Shown here one piece after another: positions 36,030 to 49,424 of a stretch of DNA of 64,000 nt. The notes beneath the pieces are model-generated. The model did no database searches and was not told the origin of the DNA. It saw only the letters and a program-made list of their open reading frames with translations. The DNA is from Mobula hypostoma (Eukaryota): positions 30,072,001 through 30,136,000 of the forward strand of contig NC_086108.1 of the NCBI RefSeq assembly GCF_963921235.1. Reading direction: 5' to 3'. Positions within the stretch are counted from its first letter, which is position 1, and every line of letters begins with the position of its first letter. The translations under genes were made by a program, and so were the position numbers.

Positions 36030-36294
36030 TGCTCTTAGAAAGGTTTGCACTCCTATATGAAGACAGGAGCATATGGTTTGAAACAAATGACTTTGGAGTA
36101 GAGTGAATGGAAAGGGAATAATTAATGAATGGAACTTCAGTGAACTAAAAGACTAACTTTTAGTTACTTCTCCCATTGTTTATAGCAGGATGTGTTAGCT
36201 GGTAATAAACTGTCTGTAACCCAGTGTTTTGAGAAATATACCTGGTCCATGTACACCTGGTTTCAGTTGTTAAGGAAGAGCACCAGACATCTAA

Positions 36295-37350
36295 TGTCCT
36301 CACCCACATCTCTTCCATTTCGCGCATGTGTGCCCTCATCCCATCCACCCACCACCCCACCAGAGATAGGGTTCCTCGTGTTCTCACCTACCACCCCACC
36401 CACCTCAGCATCCAGCACAAAATTCTCCACGACTTCCGCCACCTCCAACAAGATCCCACCACCAAGCAATTCTTTACCACCCCTCCCCACTTTCTGCTTT
36501 CTGTGGAGATCACTTCCTACGTAACTCACATGTTCATCTCCCTCCAGCACCTCTCCCAGCAAGCGGAACAAGTGCTACACCTGCCCCTACACCTCCTCCC
36601 TCACTACCATTCAGGGCCCCAATCAGTCATTCCAGGTGAGGTGGCACTTCACCTGTGAGTCTGTTGGAGTCATCCACTGTATCCGGTGCTCATGGTGCGG
36701 TCTCCAGTATATTGGTGAGACACGACATAGATTAGGAGACTGTTTCACCAAGCACCTATGCTCCATCCACTAGAAAAAGTGGGATCTCCCAGTGGCCACC
36801 CATTTTAACACTACTTCCCATTCCCATTCCAACATGTCATTCCTTGGCTTCCTCTACTGTCGTGGAGGCCACATTGAGGTTGGAGGAGCAACACCTTATA
36901 TTTTTTCTGGGTAGCCTCCTACCTGATGGCATGAACATCAATTTCTCGAACTTCTAGTAATTTCCCCCTCCCCTTCACCATTCTCCATTCCCATTTCCCA
37001 CTCAAATTATCTCCTTACCTGCCCAACACCTCCCTCTGGTGCTCCTCCCCCTTCCCTTTCTTCCATGGCCATCTGTCCTCTCCTACCAGATTCCCCTGTC
37101 TCCAGCCCTGTATCTCTTTCACTAGCTTCTCAGCTCTTTACTTCACCCCTCCTCCACTCTGGTTTCACCTTTCACCTATCACCTACTACCTTGTACCTCT
37201 TCTTTCCCTCCTCCCATCTTCTCACTCCGACCCTATCTTTTTTTCTCCAATCCTGATGTAAGGTCTCAGCCCAAGACATCTGTTTTTTAACTCTCTTCCA
37301 TATGTGCTGACGGGTCTGCTGAGATCCTCCAGCATTTTGTGTGTGTTGCT
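36295..37350 (+). mobile_element. Penelope-like 3' fragment
   Basis: RVPRVLTYHPT, the GIY-YIG region (VIHCIRCSWCGLQYIGET) and a PLE 3' UTR. Confidence 0.88.
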
Positions 37351-37359
37351 TTTATTGAC

Positions 37360-37920
37360 TATAAAGTGTTTAATTGCATAATGATGCTGCCATTTTGCAA
37401 TAGTTCAACTAAGCTAAAAATATTTTGTTGATGATTTTTGTTTGAACTCAGTGTCTGAGGCTTCTTGCTTAAGTGTCTAACAATGATCAACCAACATTGA
37501 TTCTAGTTGCCTTGATACGGTTTCTTTCACCGTGCTCATCACTGACAGTGCCAAGGTTTACAGGGAAGACGTCTAAATGGGAATGCAGAAAATGAATCTT
37601 TAGTGACATGTTACTCTTCATGGTTTTGGATGCTTGAAGCATGTTGTCAACCAGCTGCACATAGTTTGGTGCTCTGTAGTTGTCAAGAAAATTTTCAACA
37701 CCCTTGAATGCCTTCCATGCAATTTTTGCTGGTCCCACTAGAAGTTATTCAAATTGCCTGTCATTGATGACCTGTTTGATTTGTGGACCGACAAAAATGC
37801 CTTCCTTAATCATGGCATCATTAACTCTGACTTTAATAATTAATTGAAATAACAAATATAGGCAATTTTTTAGAAATGGTGCATGATAGGGAAATTTCAT
37901 GGTGCATGATCAGCAGCCCT
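37360..37920 (-). mobile_element. Chapaev3-like (CMC) DNA transposon, internally deleted
   Basis: KEGIFVGPQIKQ and MSLKIHFLHSHLDVFPVNLGTVSDEHGER motifs, which I recognise as Chapaev3 transposase. Confidence 0.7.
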
Positions 37921-37929
37921 TCATCAGCC

Positions 37930-39027
37930 CACACTGATGAAGGTAGAGCAGCGGATGTAGTGTATATAGGTTTCAGTAAGGCATTTGATAAGATTCCCCA
38001 TGTGAGTCTCATTCAGAAAGTAATGAGATATGGGATCTAAGTAGACCTTGCTTTGTGGATCCGGAATTGGTTTGCCCAAAGAAGGCAAAGGGTGGTTTTA
38101 GATGCTACGTATCCTGCATGGAGGATGGTGACCGGTGGTGTTCCACAGGGATCTGTTCTGGGAACCACCCCCCCCACCCCCCACTTTGTTACAGGGTGAC
38201 ATCGACAGGATGCAGAAATGGCTGAGAAGTAGCAGCTGGAGTTCAACCCAGATAAGTGTGAAGTGGTTCATTTTGGCCGGTCAAATTTGAAGATAGAATA
38301 TAATATTAATGGTAAGACTCTTGGCAGTGTGGAGGATCAGCGAGATCTTGGGGTCTGTGTCCATAGGACACGCAAAGCTGCTTCGCAGGTTGCAGTGTTG
38401 TTAAGAAGGCGTATGGTGTGTTGGCCTTCATCAACTGTTTTTGTTTGAGTTCAAGAGCCATGAAGTAATGTTACAGCTATATAAGACCTTAGTTAGACCC
38501 CACTTGGAGTACTGCCTTCATTTCTAGTTACCTCACTACAGGAAGGATGTGGATACTATATAGAAAGTGCAGAGGAGATTTACAGTGATGTTGCCTGGAC
38601 TGGAGAGCATGCCTTATGAGAATAGGTTGAGTGAACTTGGCCTTTTCTCCTTGGAGTGATGGAAATTGAGAGGTGACCTGATAGAGGTGTATAAGATGAT
38701 GAGGAGCATTGATTGTGTGGATAGCGAGAGGCTTTTTCCCAGAGGGGCCATAGTTTTAAGGTGCTTGTAAATAGGTACAAAGGGGGATGTCAGAGGTAAG
38801 GTTTTCACACAGAGAGTGGTGGGTGCATGGAATGCACTACCAGCGATGGTGGTAGAGGTGAATACAATAGGGTCTTTTAAGAGACTCTTAGATAGGTACA
38901 TGGAGCTTAGAAAAATAGAGGGCTGTGCGGTAGGAGAATTCTAGGAAGTTTCTAGAGTAGGTTACATGGTTGGCACAACACTGTGGGCCGAAGGGGGCGA
39001 TAATGTGCTGTAGATTTTTGTGTTCTA
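37930..39027 (+). mobile_element. CR1 3' portion
   Basis: FSKAFDKIPH, GVPQGSVLG and VVHFGRSNLK motifs with CR1 3' UTR. Confidence 0.9.
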
Positions 39028-40997
39028 AGTAATGAACTCCTGGCATTGTAGGATATGTATCTTAGTTTTTCATGCCCTCAGTTAATGAAAATACAGAGTG
39101 TGTGGAGAGAGAGACTGGAATTTATCCTTTGATCTATATCACAAAACTAAGGAACTCAACAGATCAGGAAACATCCATGGAGAGGAATAAATAGCCAGTG
39201 TTTCGGGCTGAGATGCTTCGTCAGGACACAGAGAGAAGACTATTTTGCATCTCATCTCCTCACTATGATATAAATAGCTGCCACTTTACTAAATTTCTAA
39301 AGCATGGTTGTCCTTTAATTATAGCCCTGTGGTTGGAACCTTTCCTGGAACTGAAACTTTACAAATCATCTGCATTTTAGTGTTTATTTATTTAGTGAGA
39401 TTTAATTATGTGCAGGTCTTTGTCTTTCATCTGTGCTCCTTATTAAATTGTAGCTCTGAAAATGTGTGGGTAGCAGTAGCCTATTATTTTGAACATACTT
39501 AATGAATGCCCCTGCAGCTGGGTTAGTCTACTCTTACAGAAAGTAAACATAGTTATTAAGGTTAATTTATTTTAACAGACTTGGGACAAAGTACTTCTTC
39601 CTTTGTGCAAGTGCCATTCAAGCATATTTCTTTAAATCTGCAGTTCAGCACAATTCAATGAGATCACATGCTGAGCCACAGAAAGCATCTCACAGCTGTA
39701 ACCTCAAGTACCCTTTCCATCCTCTCCTCTTGAATCAATAATGAGAGGGGTTTGTCACATATAATGACCTGGGTGTTTATTGCATAACTACAGTCTAAAT
39801 GTAAAATAACACCAAGCTTACCAGCAAACTGCCACGTTTCCATTATGAAAAAACTTACACACTTTTTATTCCGAATGAATGCCACAAACCTAGAGGATCT
39901 TTAGAGAAAAGAGAGTTAATGCTGGTGATTTAATATTTCTTCCTTTTCTGAAGGATTTGGCTATTCAAAATATCTCCAATTAATCTTTCAAAACCATTCA
40001 TGTTGCCTCAAACATTTGATTCTTAAAATATCTTGATTATGTATAACTTTCTTTAAAAATGGGACAGATTATACCATGTGGTGGAGCTTTCAAGGGCTCT
40101 CTTTGTTTCTGTGATTGTGAGATCCTGTTCTAACAGATGTTAATTAATAGGGAAATAGAGAATAGTGCAACAACTCATCATACAAGCAAAAGGATATGTA
40201 TGCAGGAAATCTGGTAAATGAACATATGCTGGAAATAGGCTTTTCTACAGCTGGTGTCTCTTGAAGTGTGAATATCAAGTACTACCATAGCTCTTCATAA
40301 AAACAGCTCGGGGTATTCATCAAACTGAGCTGATAGAGTTGCTTTCATCAAAGTCTTGAGCCCTACCCAACCTAGCCTTACCTTCATGTCCTGTTCCAGA
40401 ACATCAAACCTGATTGAATTTTGGCTTGGAATGCTGTTGTTGTTTACATGATTTGTGCTTTTTTTTCTTACTTTTGAGTATCGGGTGTTGGTCCTTTATT
40501 TTCATTTTTATTCTTTTTTTTCTTTAATTGGGTTGTTCTTGCACTACACGTGAGCAAGCAAATCTCAAGGTTATATAATTTATACATACTTTGATAATAA
40601 ATGAATCTTGAATCTTGATTCCTGAGCTGGAACAAAAAGAAGAAGTCTGCTTCAATTTCACCACTTCCCAATGCCTCAAGTATCCTTTCGTCTAGATCCT
40701 TTACCCAGTGTGGGTATGAATAAATGTGAGTGACCCCCTTCAGTTTCACTGTGCCATCTAAATCCTCATTCACACATCACAAATTCCTCACCAACCATGT
40801 CAAGATCCGTTGACACTCTTTGGCTCAATGTGCACTAATGTATGGAAAGGTTCAGTGAAATTTTAATCATGCAAACAGTCCATCTGGTTCACGACTTCAT
40901 CGCCTCACTCATGCCCTCTACTGTTCTTCCCAAAAGGCTTCACATTGCTTAGCTGCCTGGTCTCACTTTGCCGACACCAGTAAATAGACTTGAAGAC

Positions 40998-41303
40998 AGG
41001 TCTCAGAACAGTTGGGGGGGGGGGCGTCCTTTTAGAATGGAGATGATGAGGAGGAATTTCTTTAGCCAGAGTGGGGAAAATCTATGGAGTTCTTTGTCAC
41101 AGGCAGCTGTGGAGGCCAAGTCTTTATGTATATTTAAGGCCGAGGTTGATAGATTCTTGAATGATCAGAGCGTGAAGGGATACAGTGAGAAAACAGGAGA
41201 CTGGGGCCGAGAGGAAAAATGGATCAGCATGATGAAATGGCAGAGCAGACTTGATGGGCCAAATGAACTAATTCTGCTCCTGTATCTTATGCTCTTATGG
41301 TCT
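40998..41303 (+). mobile_element. CR1 3' end
   Basis: FRMEMMRRNFFSQ..AVEAKSLCIFKAEVDRFL with tail TTATGCTCTTATGG. Confidence 0.8.
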
Positions 41304-41599
41304 TTTAAATTGATTGAAGTATTGAAAGAGTCTAAAATACCAGCTGCGGTCATTTTGACTTGACTATGCCATGATTCAACTGTTGGGAAGTTCAGTAGGA
41401 TTGAATAAGTGATATTCAACTAGGTCTAAGTAAACCCCACTGTGCCACAGTTCCAGAGAACACCCAAGTTTCCTAAAATGTAAGCAATACTTCCTCCTAA
41501 AAACATCTTGAAAATAATAGACTACGCTTCAGAGGTGAGGAGAGAGTGACTGGTCAGTACAAAAGCAACATTTGATTGAGTGTGGTTTGAAGGAGCTCT

Positions 41600-42170
41600 G
41601 ATAAAATTGAAGTCAATAGATATCAAGGAAAACACTTCAATGATTGGAGTCGTGCTTCACTCAAAAGAAGATGAATTTGTTTTTCTGAGATCAATCATCC
41701 CAGCTTCAGAACATCACTGCTGGAATTTCCTAGAGCTGTGTCTCTGACTTTACCATTTCCAACTGCTCCATTTTCTTTTCTTCATCATGTGAAAAGCGGG
41801 GAAGCTCTTTTGCACAATGTTCAGTTCCATTCTCTGCTCGTCAGTAGATGAACCATCCATGTTTGTCGAGGCTTGGACCAGTGAGTGGCATAACATTCAT
41901 AGCACAAAAATATCAAATAATTACCATCTCCAAAAAAAGTGTCCATCTGTCCAATCCCGACATTAATTGATATTATCATCACCAGAAATTGCACCATTAA
42001 GTTCACCATTGCTCAGAAGCTCATAAGAACTGGCTACAACAGCAGGTCAGAGTCTGGGTACCCCGATGTGACTGTTTTACCGGCTGAACTCCAAAGCCAT
42101 CAACAAAGCTCAACTCAGGAGCATGTTGGGACATTTCTCACTTGCCTGACTGAGCACAGCACTGAAAACG
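41600..42170 (+). mobile_element. Ancient L2/Crack-like LINE remnant
   Basis: CACCATTGCTCAGAAGCTC..GGCTACAACAGCAGGTCAGAGTCTGGG is homologous to 25845-25990. Confidence 0.45.
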
Positions 42171-42589
42171 TCTCGCTGGTTGGGCCAGGGACATGGGTGT
42201 TTGGGGAGAGGGAAGATAATTGTCTGGCTGAGTAATTACAGTTGCCATGCATAGGTGCAGTGATGGTGAGGCCGATGAATGACTAGCATAGTGAGGAGCC
42301 CAGAATCATACACATTGGACTAGCAGATCTGATGGAATAGTTTCCTGAGCAGGTGCCTGTGGCTTTGAAGGAAGATCGGGAAGAATTACTAGATGGCCTG
42401 GACAGACTATATACCTGGACTCCAGTAACAGAAGTAATACTTTGATCGGGTCAATGGTAACAATATCTAAGAAGGATTGATCGTTGTATGTACATTTAGA
42501 TAGTAAGTACTTGAATAAAGCCATTTGTAGAATCATAATCTATAGCACAGAAGAAAGCCATTTGGCCTCTCACTTTGGCAGTTTGAGGT

Positions 42590-43335
42590 GCTCACTTGCT
42601 TCAAGTAGGCTTCAATTGTACTGGTGCCTAAGAAGAACATGGTAACCTAGCTCAATGGTGTCATTCCAGTAGCACTTACATCCACTGTGACGAATTGCTT
42701 TGAGAGGCAGGTGATGGAACCTATCAGCTCCTACCTGAGCAGCGACTTGGATCTGCTTCCATTTGCCTACCATGCAACAGGTCTACAGCAGGTGCCACCT
42801 CACTGGCTCGTCACTCAACCCTGGAATATTGGAATAGCAAAGGTGAATACATCAGGATGCTCCTTATCAACTACAGCTTTGCAAAGATTCGGCATGACAC
42901 CTGAAACTATTACAAGCTTCTATAGATGTGTTGTGCAGAGTATCTGACTGGCTGCATCACAGCCTGGTATGGAAGCACCAATGCCCTTGAACAGAAAATC
43001 CTACAAAACCAAGTGGATACAGTACAGCCCATCCATGACGGGTAAAGCCCTCTACACTGTAAAGCACATGTGCATGAAGCGTTGTCACAGGAAAGAAACA
43101 CTCATCGTCAGAGATGCCCACCACCCAGGACAAGCTCTCTTCTCGCGGCTGCTGTCAGGAAGAACGTCCAGGAGCCTCAGGACTCACATCATCAGGTTCA
43201 GAAACAGTTACTACCCCTCAAGCATGAAACTCTTGACCAACAGGGATTACTCCACTGGGTATTGAAATGTTCCCACAACCAATAGATGCATTTTCAATGG
43301 TGTGGTCTTTCATTGATTCTGTTATGGATATTATT
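42590..43335 (+). mobile_element. Rex1/Babar fragments with internal deletion
   Basis: CFERQVMEPI, LDLLPFAY, FGMTPETITSFYRCVVQSI and RFRNSYYPS motifs. Confidence 0.82.
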
Positions 43336-45289
43336 TTATTAAAAAAATTATCTATTGTTAACAATAACAAGTGTAGCACTTCTTTGCAGGGTGCTAAAGT
43401 TTCTTCATCTTTGATGTGTGCTTTGGTGTGCAGACTTCAATGAGCTGTCATATCACCAACAATCTGTATGTCTTTGTAAGGCACTGTTAGAAGTATACAG
43501 TATGTCACTTGGGGTCAGATCTCCATGAGGAAGATATATTGATTTGTGGAAGTAATTCAGAAAATAGAAACCAAAGTTGATGATTCTTACATCATTTCCT
43601 CTTTATTCCCTTCAGGTGGATCCATCTGTCACCCGCCTGCTCTTGCTCCCCCTATTCCCCCTTGGATTTTTTATATATGTATACTGGATATTTCCCCTCT
43701 TTCTTTCCAAACCTGAGGAAGGGGCTCAGTCAATTGTCAATTTCCCTCCATAGATGCTGCCTGTCCCATTGAGTTCCTCTGTCATTTTGGGAGGTACTGA
43801 TAAATTCATGGCTATTAATCTCAGAAAAGAAATGGAAAAAGCAATTCAGGGCCATGATAAATGTTTAATTTCATTTCTTCACAGAGGCAGGACTTACACT
43901 AAATAAAGATGCAATGAAAATTCAGAGACAATGAATTGTTTTGGTGTAACTTGTAGGCCTAGGATATTGTCCAGATTTAGCCAAACTTTCAGAAATGCCA
44001 AAAACACCAAGAGATAAGGCAGGAATGTCACAAGGAAAGCAATATTAACTCATCGGCTCAAATAACCGTGTCTGTTGTCCCCACCCCAACGTGACAACCT
44101 CTTTTCCGCTTTTCAAAGCCCCAATCACTAAAGGGAATGGAGCTGAGTTTTGGTGTTTGTTGGGTAGGGTGCTCTTGAGACATAACTGAGCTGCTGGAAT
44201 TAAAGACGACTGCCATTTGTATTTGAGGAAACACACTCAAAACGCTGGAGGAGTGTGTTGCTTCAGATTTGCAGCACCTGCAGCTCTCCTGTGTCTACCA
44301 TCTTTAAGTGTTGGTTCTTGAGTGGTGGGAAAGCAGAAGCCAGGGACTAGCAGAGACAGCTTTGGTAGTGGGTGGTAAAAGTGGAAGTGATAAGGTTGGA
44401 GATCAAGGCTAAGAGGGAAAGGTTCAACCAACCCTGAAAATAAGGTTGGAGACACAAGGGATTGCAGATGCTGGAATCAGGAGCAAACAAATGAGATGCA
44501 AGAGTCTACATCAGCAGATTCTGGCCTTCACTCTCCCCTCCGCACACCCTGCTCCCTGCTCCATTACCTCTCCATGTGCTTTTACCCCACTCCCTTGTCC
44601 GCCTTCATCTATAATTCACCTACTTCCACCTGCAATGCTGCTCTTCTCCCCCAGCAAGCAGAACCTGTCCGTCATCTCACATCCCACCTTTGTCCACCAA
44701 ACACACAGACAGCAGCATACCCCTTCCCTTCCTTATAGTGGCCGTCTCACCTCTCCACTCTAAGTCCTGGTGTAGTGTTTCAATCTGAAACATCAACATA
44801 TCCTTTCCTTCCATAGATCTGCTTGACCCTTTGAGTTCCTCCAGTAGATTGTTTGTTTCTCCTGGAAGTATCTTTCCCTGCACCTCCAAAACCACACACT
44901 GGCCCAAACTGCTGCTGTCTCCATTTTACTTCTTTGAAGCCTGTGCCCGTAAATCCAGCCGAGATGGTTAGCCAGCTTTAAATTAAAATCAGGATCTTGA
45001 GAACAAGGTACAAACTTGCCTCCGAATTTCCTGCTCTATTATTAATATGAGAGATCAGGGTCACATTACACAATTTTAAAAAGTATTATTACCCCTGTCA
45101 ACTTTCCTATCTATCACAAAATTGAAATTTCCTCTTGATTTTACTAATGTGATGAAACATTAACTTTTTTTTTGCAGAATATTTGACCACAGGATATGAG
45201 TAGTTTCTATGTACTGTACAAATTGTTTTAGCAAGTACAATGAGTTAAGGCACAGCATCAGTTATTTGATTAGGGATTGTGGGATGGGA

Positions 45290-46993
45290 AACCTGAACCT
45301 GCTGCAATTTCCCCATTACTGCAATAGGTCTACAGTGGGTGCAGTCTCATTGGCTTTGAGGCACCAAGACAACAGCAAAACTCACATCAGGTTGCTGTTT
45401 TTCAATTGCAACTCAGCATTCAATATCATTATTCCTTCAGTACTAATAACCAATCTTCCAGTCCAACCCAGTCCATCATGGGAACACCTCTCCCCACCAT
45501 TGAGCAGATCGACACAGAGTGCTATCGCAGAGAAGCAACATCCTCCATCAAAGACACTCACCAATCCAGGCTATGCTCTCTTGTCACTGCTGCCATCAGT
45601 AAGAAGGTACAGGAGCCTTAGGACACACACCACCAGGTTTAGGAACAGATATTACCCCTCAACCATCAGGCTTTTGAACTGAAGGGAATAACTTCTCTCA
45701 GCTTCACCTGCCCCATCACTGAATTATTCCCACAACCTATGGACTCACTTTCAAGGACTTTTCATCTCATGTTCTCAATATTATTTCTTATTATTATTAT
45801 TTTACCCAGCTTGATTTCCTTAGCGTATTAGTTGTTTGTCCGTCCTGTTGGGTGTGGTCTTTCATTGATTCTATTATGTTTCTTGTATTTACTGTGAATG
45901 CCCGCAAGAAAATGAATTTCAGGGTTGTATATGGTGACATATATGTACTTTGATAGTAAATTTACTTTTAACTTTTGAACTTTGAATATTCAAAACCTGA
46001 GCTTTTGTATCTCCCTCTGCAACTGAATCATTGACTTCCTTATTGGGAGACTACAGTCAGGGTGGATTGGTAATACCACCTCCTCCTCGTTGACCGTCAC
46101 CAAAGGCACACCTCAAGGATGTGTGCTTAGCCCACTGCTCTACTCCCTCTACACTCAAGACTGTGTGGCTAAGCACAGCTCAAACGCCATCTATAAAGTT
46201 GCCAATGCCACCACTGTCTTTGGTAGAATCTCAGATGATGATGAGGAGGCGTGCAGGAGTAAGATAGATTGGCTGGCTAAGTGTACTGTAACAACAGCCT
46301 CATACTCAGCAAAACCAAGAAATTGACTGTGAACCTGAGGAAGGGGAAGTCAGTAGAACACATAACATTCCACATTGAGAAGTCAGCAGTGGAAACGGTG
46401 AACACTTCAAATTCCAGAGTGCCAGCCTTCTGGGCCCAACACATTGATACGATCATAAAGAAGGCAGGCTATGTTTCTACCTAATTAGGAGTTTGAGGAG
46501 ATACGGTATGTCACCAAAAACTCTGGAAAATTTCTATAGATGTATGATGAAGAGCATTCTAATTGGTTGTATCACAACCTGGTATGAAGTTTCAGTGCGC
46601 AAGATTGCAATAGGCTACAGTTTGATAGACTCAGTTAGCTTAATCACAGCAACAACTCTCCTCACTATTGTGAGCATCTTCAAGAGTTGTTGCTTCAAAA
46701 AGATGGCATCCATCATTAGGGACACTCTCCATCACGGACATGCATCCTCATTATTACCATCAGGGAAGGGGTACAGGAGCAGGAAGATCCGCACTGAATG
46801 ATCCAGGACAGCTTCTTCCCCTCCAGATCACATTTTGGAACAGTCCATGAACCCACAAACACTATCTCAGAGCCCCTTTTTCATCCGCACTATTCCTTTT
46901 TGTAATGTACAGATTTGTATGTTTTCGCGCTGTACTGCTGCTGTCAAATAATAAATTTCACAGCATGTGCCAGTGATAATAAATCTGATTCTG
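45290..46993 (+). mobile_element. Two tandem Rex1/Babar fragments (45290-45985; 45990-46993)
   Basis: IRLLFFNCNSAFN and LPSVRRYRSLRTHTTRFRN with (TTTGAAC) tail, then [17 protein letters not shown] with (GATTCT) tail. Confidence 0.85.
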
Positions 46994-47499
46994 ACGCAAC
47001 ACACAGAATGTTGGATGAACTCAGCAGGTCAGATAGAATCAATGGAGGGGAAATAAACAGTCGATGTTTTGTGCCGAGATCCTTCATCATTCCTCTCCCT
47101 AGATGCTGCCTGCCCTGCTGAGTTCCTGCATCATTTTGCATATGACTCTGGATTTCTAGCATCTGCAGAATCTCTTGTGTTCCTGAGTTTTACACACACA
47201 ATTTTTCAGAAGATCCATTTAGTAGAGAACAGAGGGGACAGACCCACGTGGAGAATTGTGATGAGCAATTTTCTCTTCCCTGCCATTTTTCACGAAGCAG
47301 TTCTTAACTTCTTAACTGATAAGAATAAAAGCCTCTCTCGATCCATGTGTGGCTGGGTGAAATGATAGCACAAAGCACCAGTGTTATTTTATCTGGTCTA
47401 TGGTTCTGGAACAATACCAAATATGGGGCCGCAATACATTTTGTGCAAAACATCTGTTGCCAGTCAATTCAAGCTACAGCCTCTTCCAACATGTGTTTG

Positions 47500-48190
47500 T
47501 GTTTGACGAAGTCCCTCATGGGAGGCTAGTGCTGAAGATTAATATGCATGGGATCTGCGGCGAATTGGCTATTGGGATTCAGAACTGGCTCGCGCATAGA
47601 AGACAGAGGGTAGTGGTTGAAGGGACTTATTCGAGCTGGAGGTCTGTAATTAGTGGCGTTCTGCAGGGATCTGTGCTGGGGTCTCTGCTGTTCATGATGT
47701 ATGTAAATGAACTGGATAAAAATGTAGATGGGTGGGTTAGTAAATTTGCAGATGACACCAAGATTGGTAAAGAATGCAGCGTGATATAGATCAGCTACAG
47801 ATATGGACTGAGAAATGGAAGGTAGAGTTTAATATAGATAAATGTGAGGTGTTGCTCTTCGGTAGGGCAAATACAAGAGGAGAGTACACTGTTAAGGGCA
47901 AGGTCCTTAACAATGTTGCTGAGCTAAGATCTGGGATCCAGTTTCATAGCTCCTTGAAAGCGGGTACGCAGGTCGATAAGAGGTTAAGAAGATTAAGAAG
48001 GCATGTATAATGCTTGCTTCTATTAGTGAAGGCATTAAGTTCAAAAATCAGGAGGTTATGTTGCATCTTTATAAACTCTAGTTAGGCCAGATAATTGCAT
48101 AAACTTATGGTCGCCCCACTATAGGAAGGATGTTGAGGCTTTGGAGGGCGTGCAGAAGAGGTTTACCAGGATGCTGCCTGTTTTAGAGAA
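47500..48190 (+). mobile_element. CR1 RT fragment
   Basis: FDEVPHGRLV, GVLQGSVLGSLLF and KFADDTKIG motifs. Confidence 0.88.
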
Positions 48191-48311
48191 CATGTTGCTT
48201 CTTCATTGTTATTTCATGGTTAGTTTATGGAACAAATTATCACTGTAATTCTTTCTTTATCCTTGTAATAGATTTGTAAATCCATTAAAACCATGTTTAT
48301 AGTTTATAAAT

Positions 48312-48945
48312 ACCAGAAATTCTGCAGATGTTGGTAATCCAAAGCAAAATCCTAAGGAACTCAACAGGTCAGGCAGCAGACACGCAAGTGAACAAATAGT
48401 CAACGCTTTGGGCCAAGATCCTTCATCAGGACTGGAAAGGAAGGGGGAAGATACCAGAATAAAGAGGTGGGAGGAGGGAACGGAGGATAGCTAGAAGATG
48501 GTAGGTGAAGCAAACTGGGTGGGAAAGGTAAAGAGTGGAGAGGAAGGAACCTGACAAAAGACCATAGGAGAAAGAGGAGGAGGAGGGGCACCAGTGGAAG
48601 GTGATAGGCAGGTGTGAAGAGCCATGAGGCCAGAGTGGGGAATAGAAGAGGGCAGGGGAAGGGAATTTTTTTTACCAGAAGGAGAAATCGATATCAATGT
48701 CATCAGGTTGGAGGCTACCCAGACAGAATATAAGTTGTTGCTCCTCCACCCTGAGGGTGGCACAAGAGGAGGCCATGGACCAGCATATTGGAATGAGTAT
48801 GCGAATTGGAATTAAAATGTTTGGCTACCGGGAAGTTCCACTTTTGGTGGATGGAGCGGAGGTGTTTGACAAACTGATTCCTCGAATTACGAATGGCTGT
48901 CACCAATGTAGAGAAGGCCACATCGGGTGCACCGAATAAGATAGA
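48312..48945 (-). mobile_element. Penelope-like 3' fragment
   Basis: FVKHLRSIHQKWNFPVAKHFNS plus PLE 3' UTR. Confidence 0.85.
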
Positions 48946-49404
48946 CTGACTTCCTGCTTCAAAGCATTCTTTGTGCAATGCATATGAACACATCACATAT
49001 GCAATGCATATGTGAGCATCTGGGATGGGAACTTCTTGAGAGAAACTGCAAAAATGGCATTTTACAGAGTATTTATGTTTCCGGTTTTGAAAGCTAGCAA
49101 AGTAATATTCCTGGTAAAGCGGATTTTGAATTTCTTTCTATGTACTGTCAGATGTAAAGCTAACAGAAATTTTAAAGCAGCTGTTATTTAAATGGATAGC
49201 AAGAGAGACTTCTTTTATTTCCTGTCACTGTTTCTCTTGGGTCACAGATTTACTACATAGATTTTTGATAGAAGCTCTGTGTTGTCATCCTATAAACCTC
49301 CTCTCTTACGCAAATCACTGCGGTAATGAAAAATGAACATCAGTGAGAATGTCCTGTGTAATGGTCTGAGCTAAACTGACAGGAGAAAATCAGCCACTCT
49401 CTGC

Positions 49405-49424
49405 TTGCCTCCAGTAGGTGGCTT
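49405..49424 (+). promoter_or_regulatory. Candidate CTCF site
   Basis: TTGCCTCCAGTAGGTGGCTT matches the CCASYAGRKGGC core and lies in non-repetitive DNA. Motif match only. Confidence 0.3.

Larger units (their letters stand above)
28310..36055 (+). mobile_element. hAT (GTF2IRD2/Charlie-like) transposon, expanded by nested insertions
   Basis: TIRs CGGGGGTGGCAAACC / GGTTTGCACTCCTA with 8-bp TSD TATTAAGA / TATGAAGA. Transposase remnants at ~32200-33290: GKPLDDGEYIKESW, TTDGEPSMTGK, QLIDLQSS, FSSIYLCES. Confidence 0.8.
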
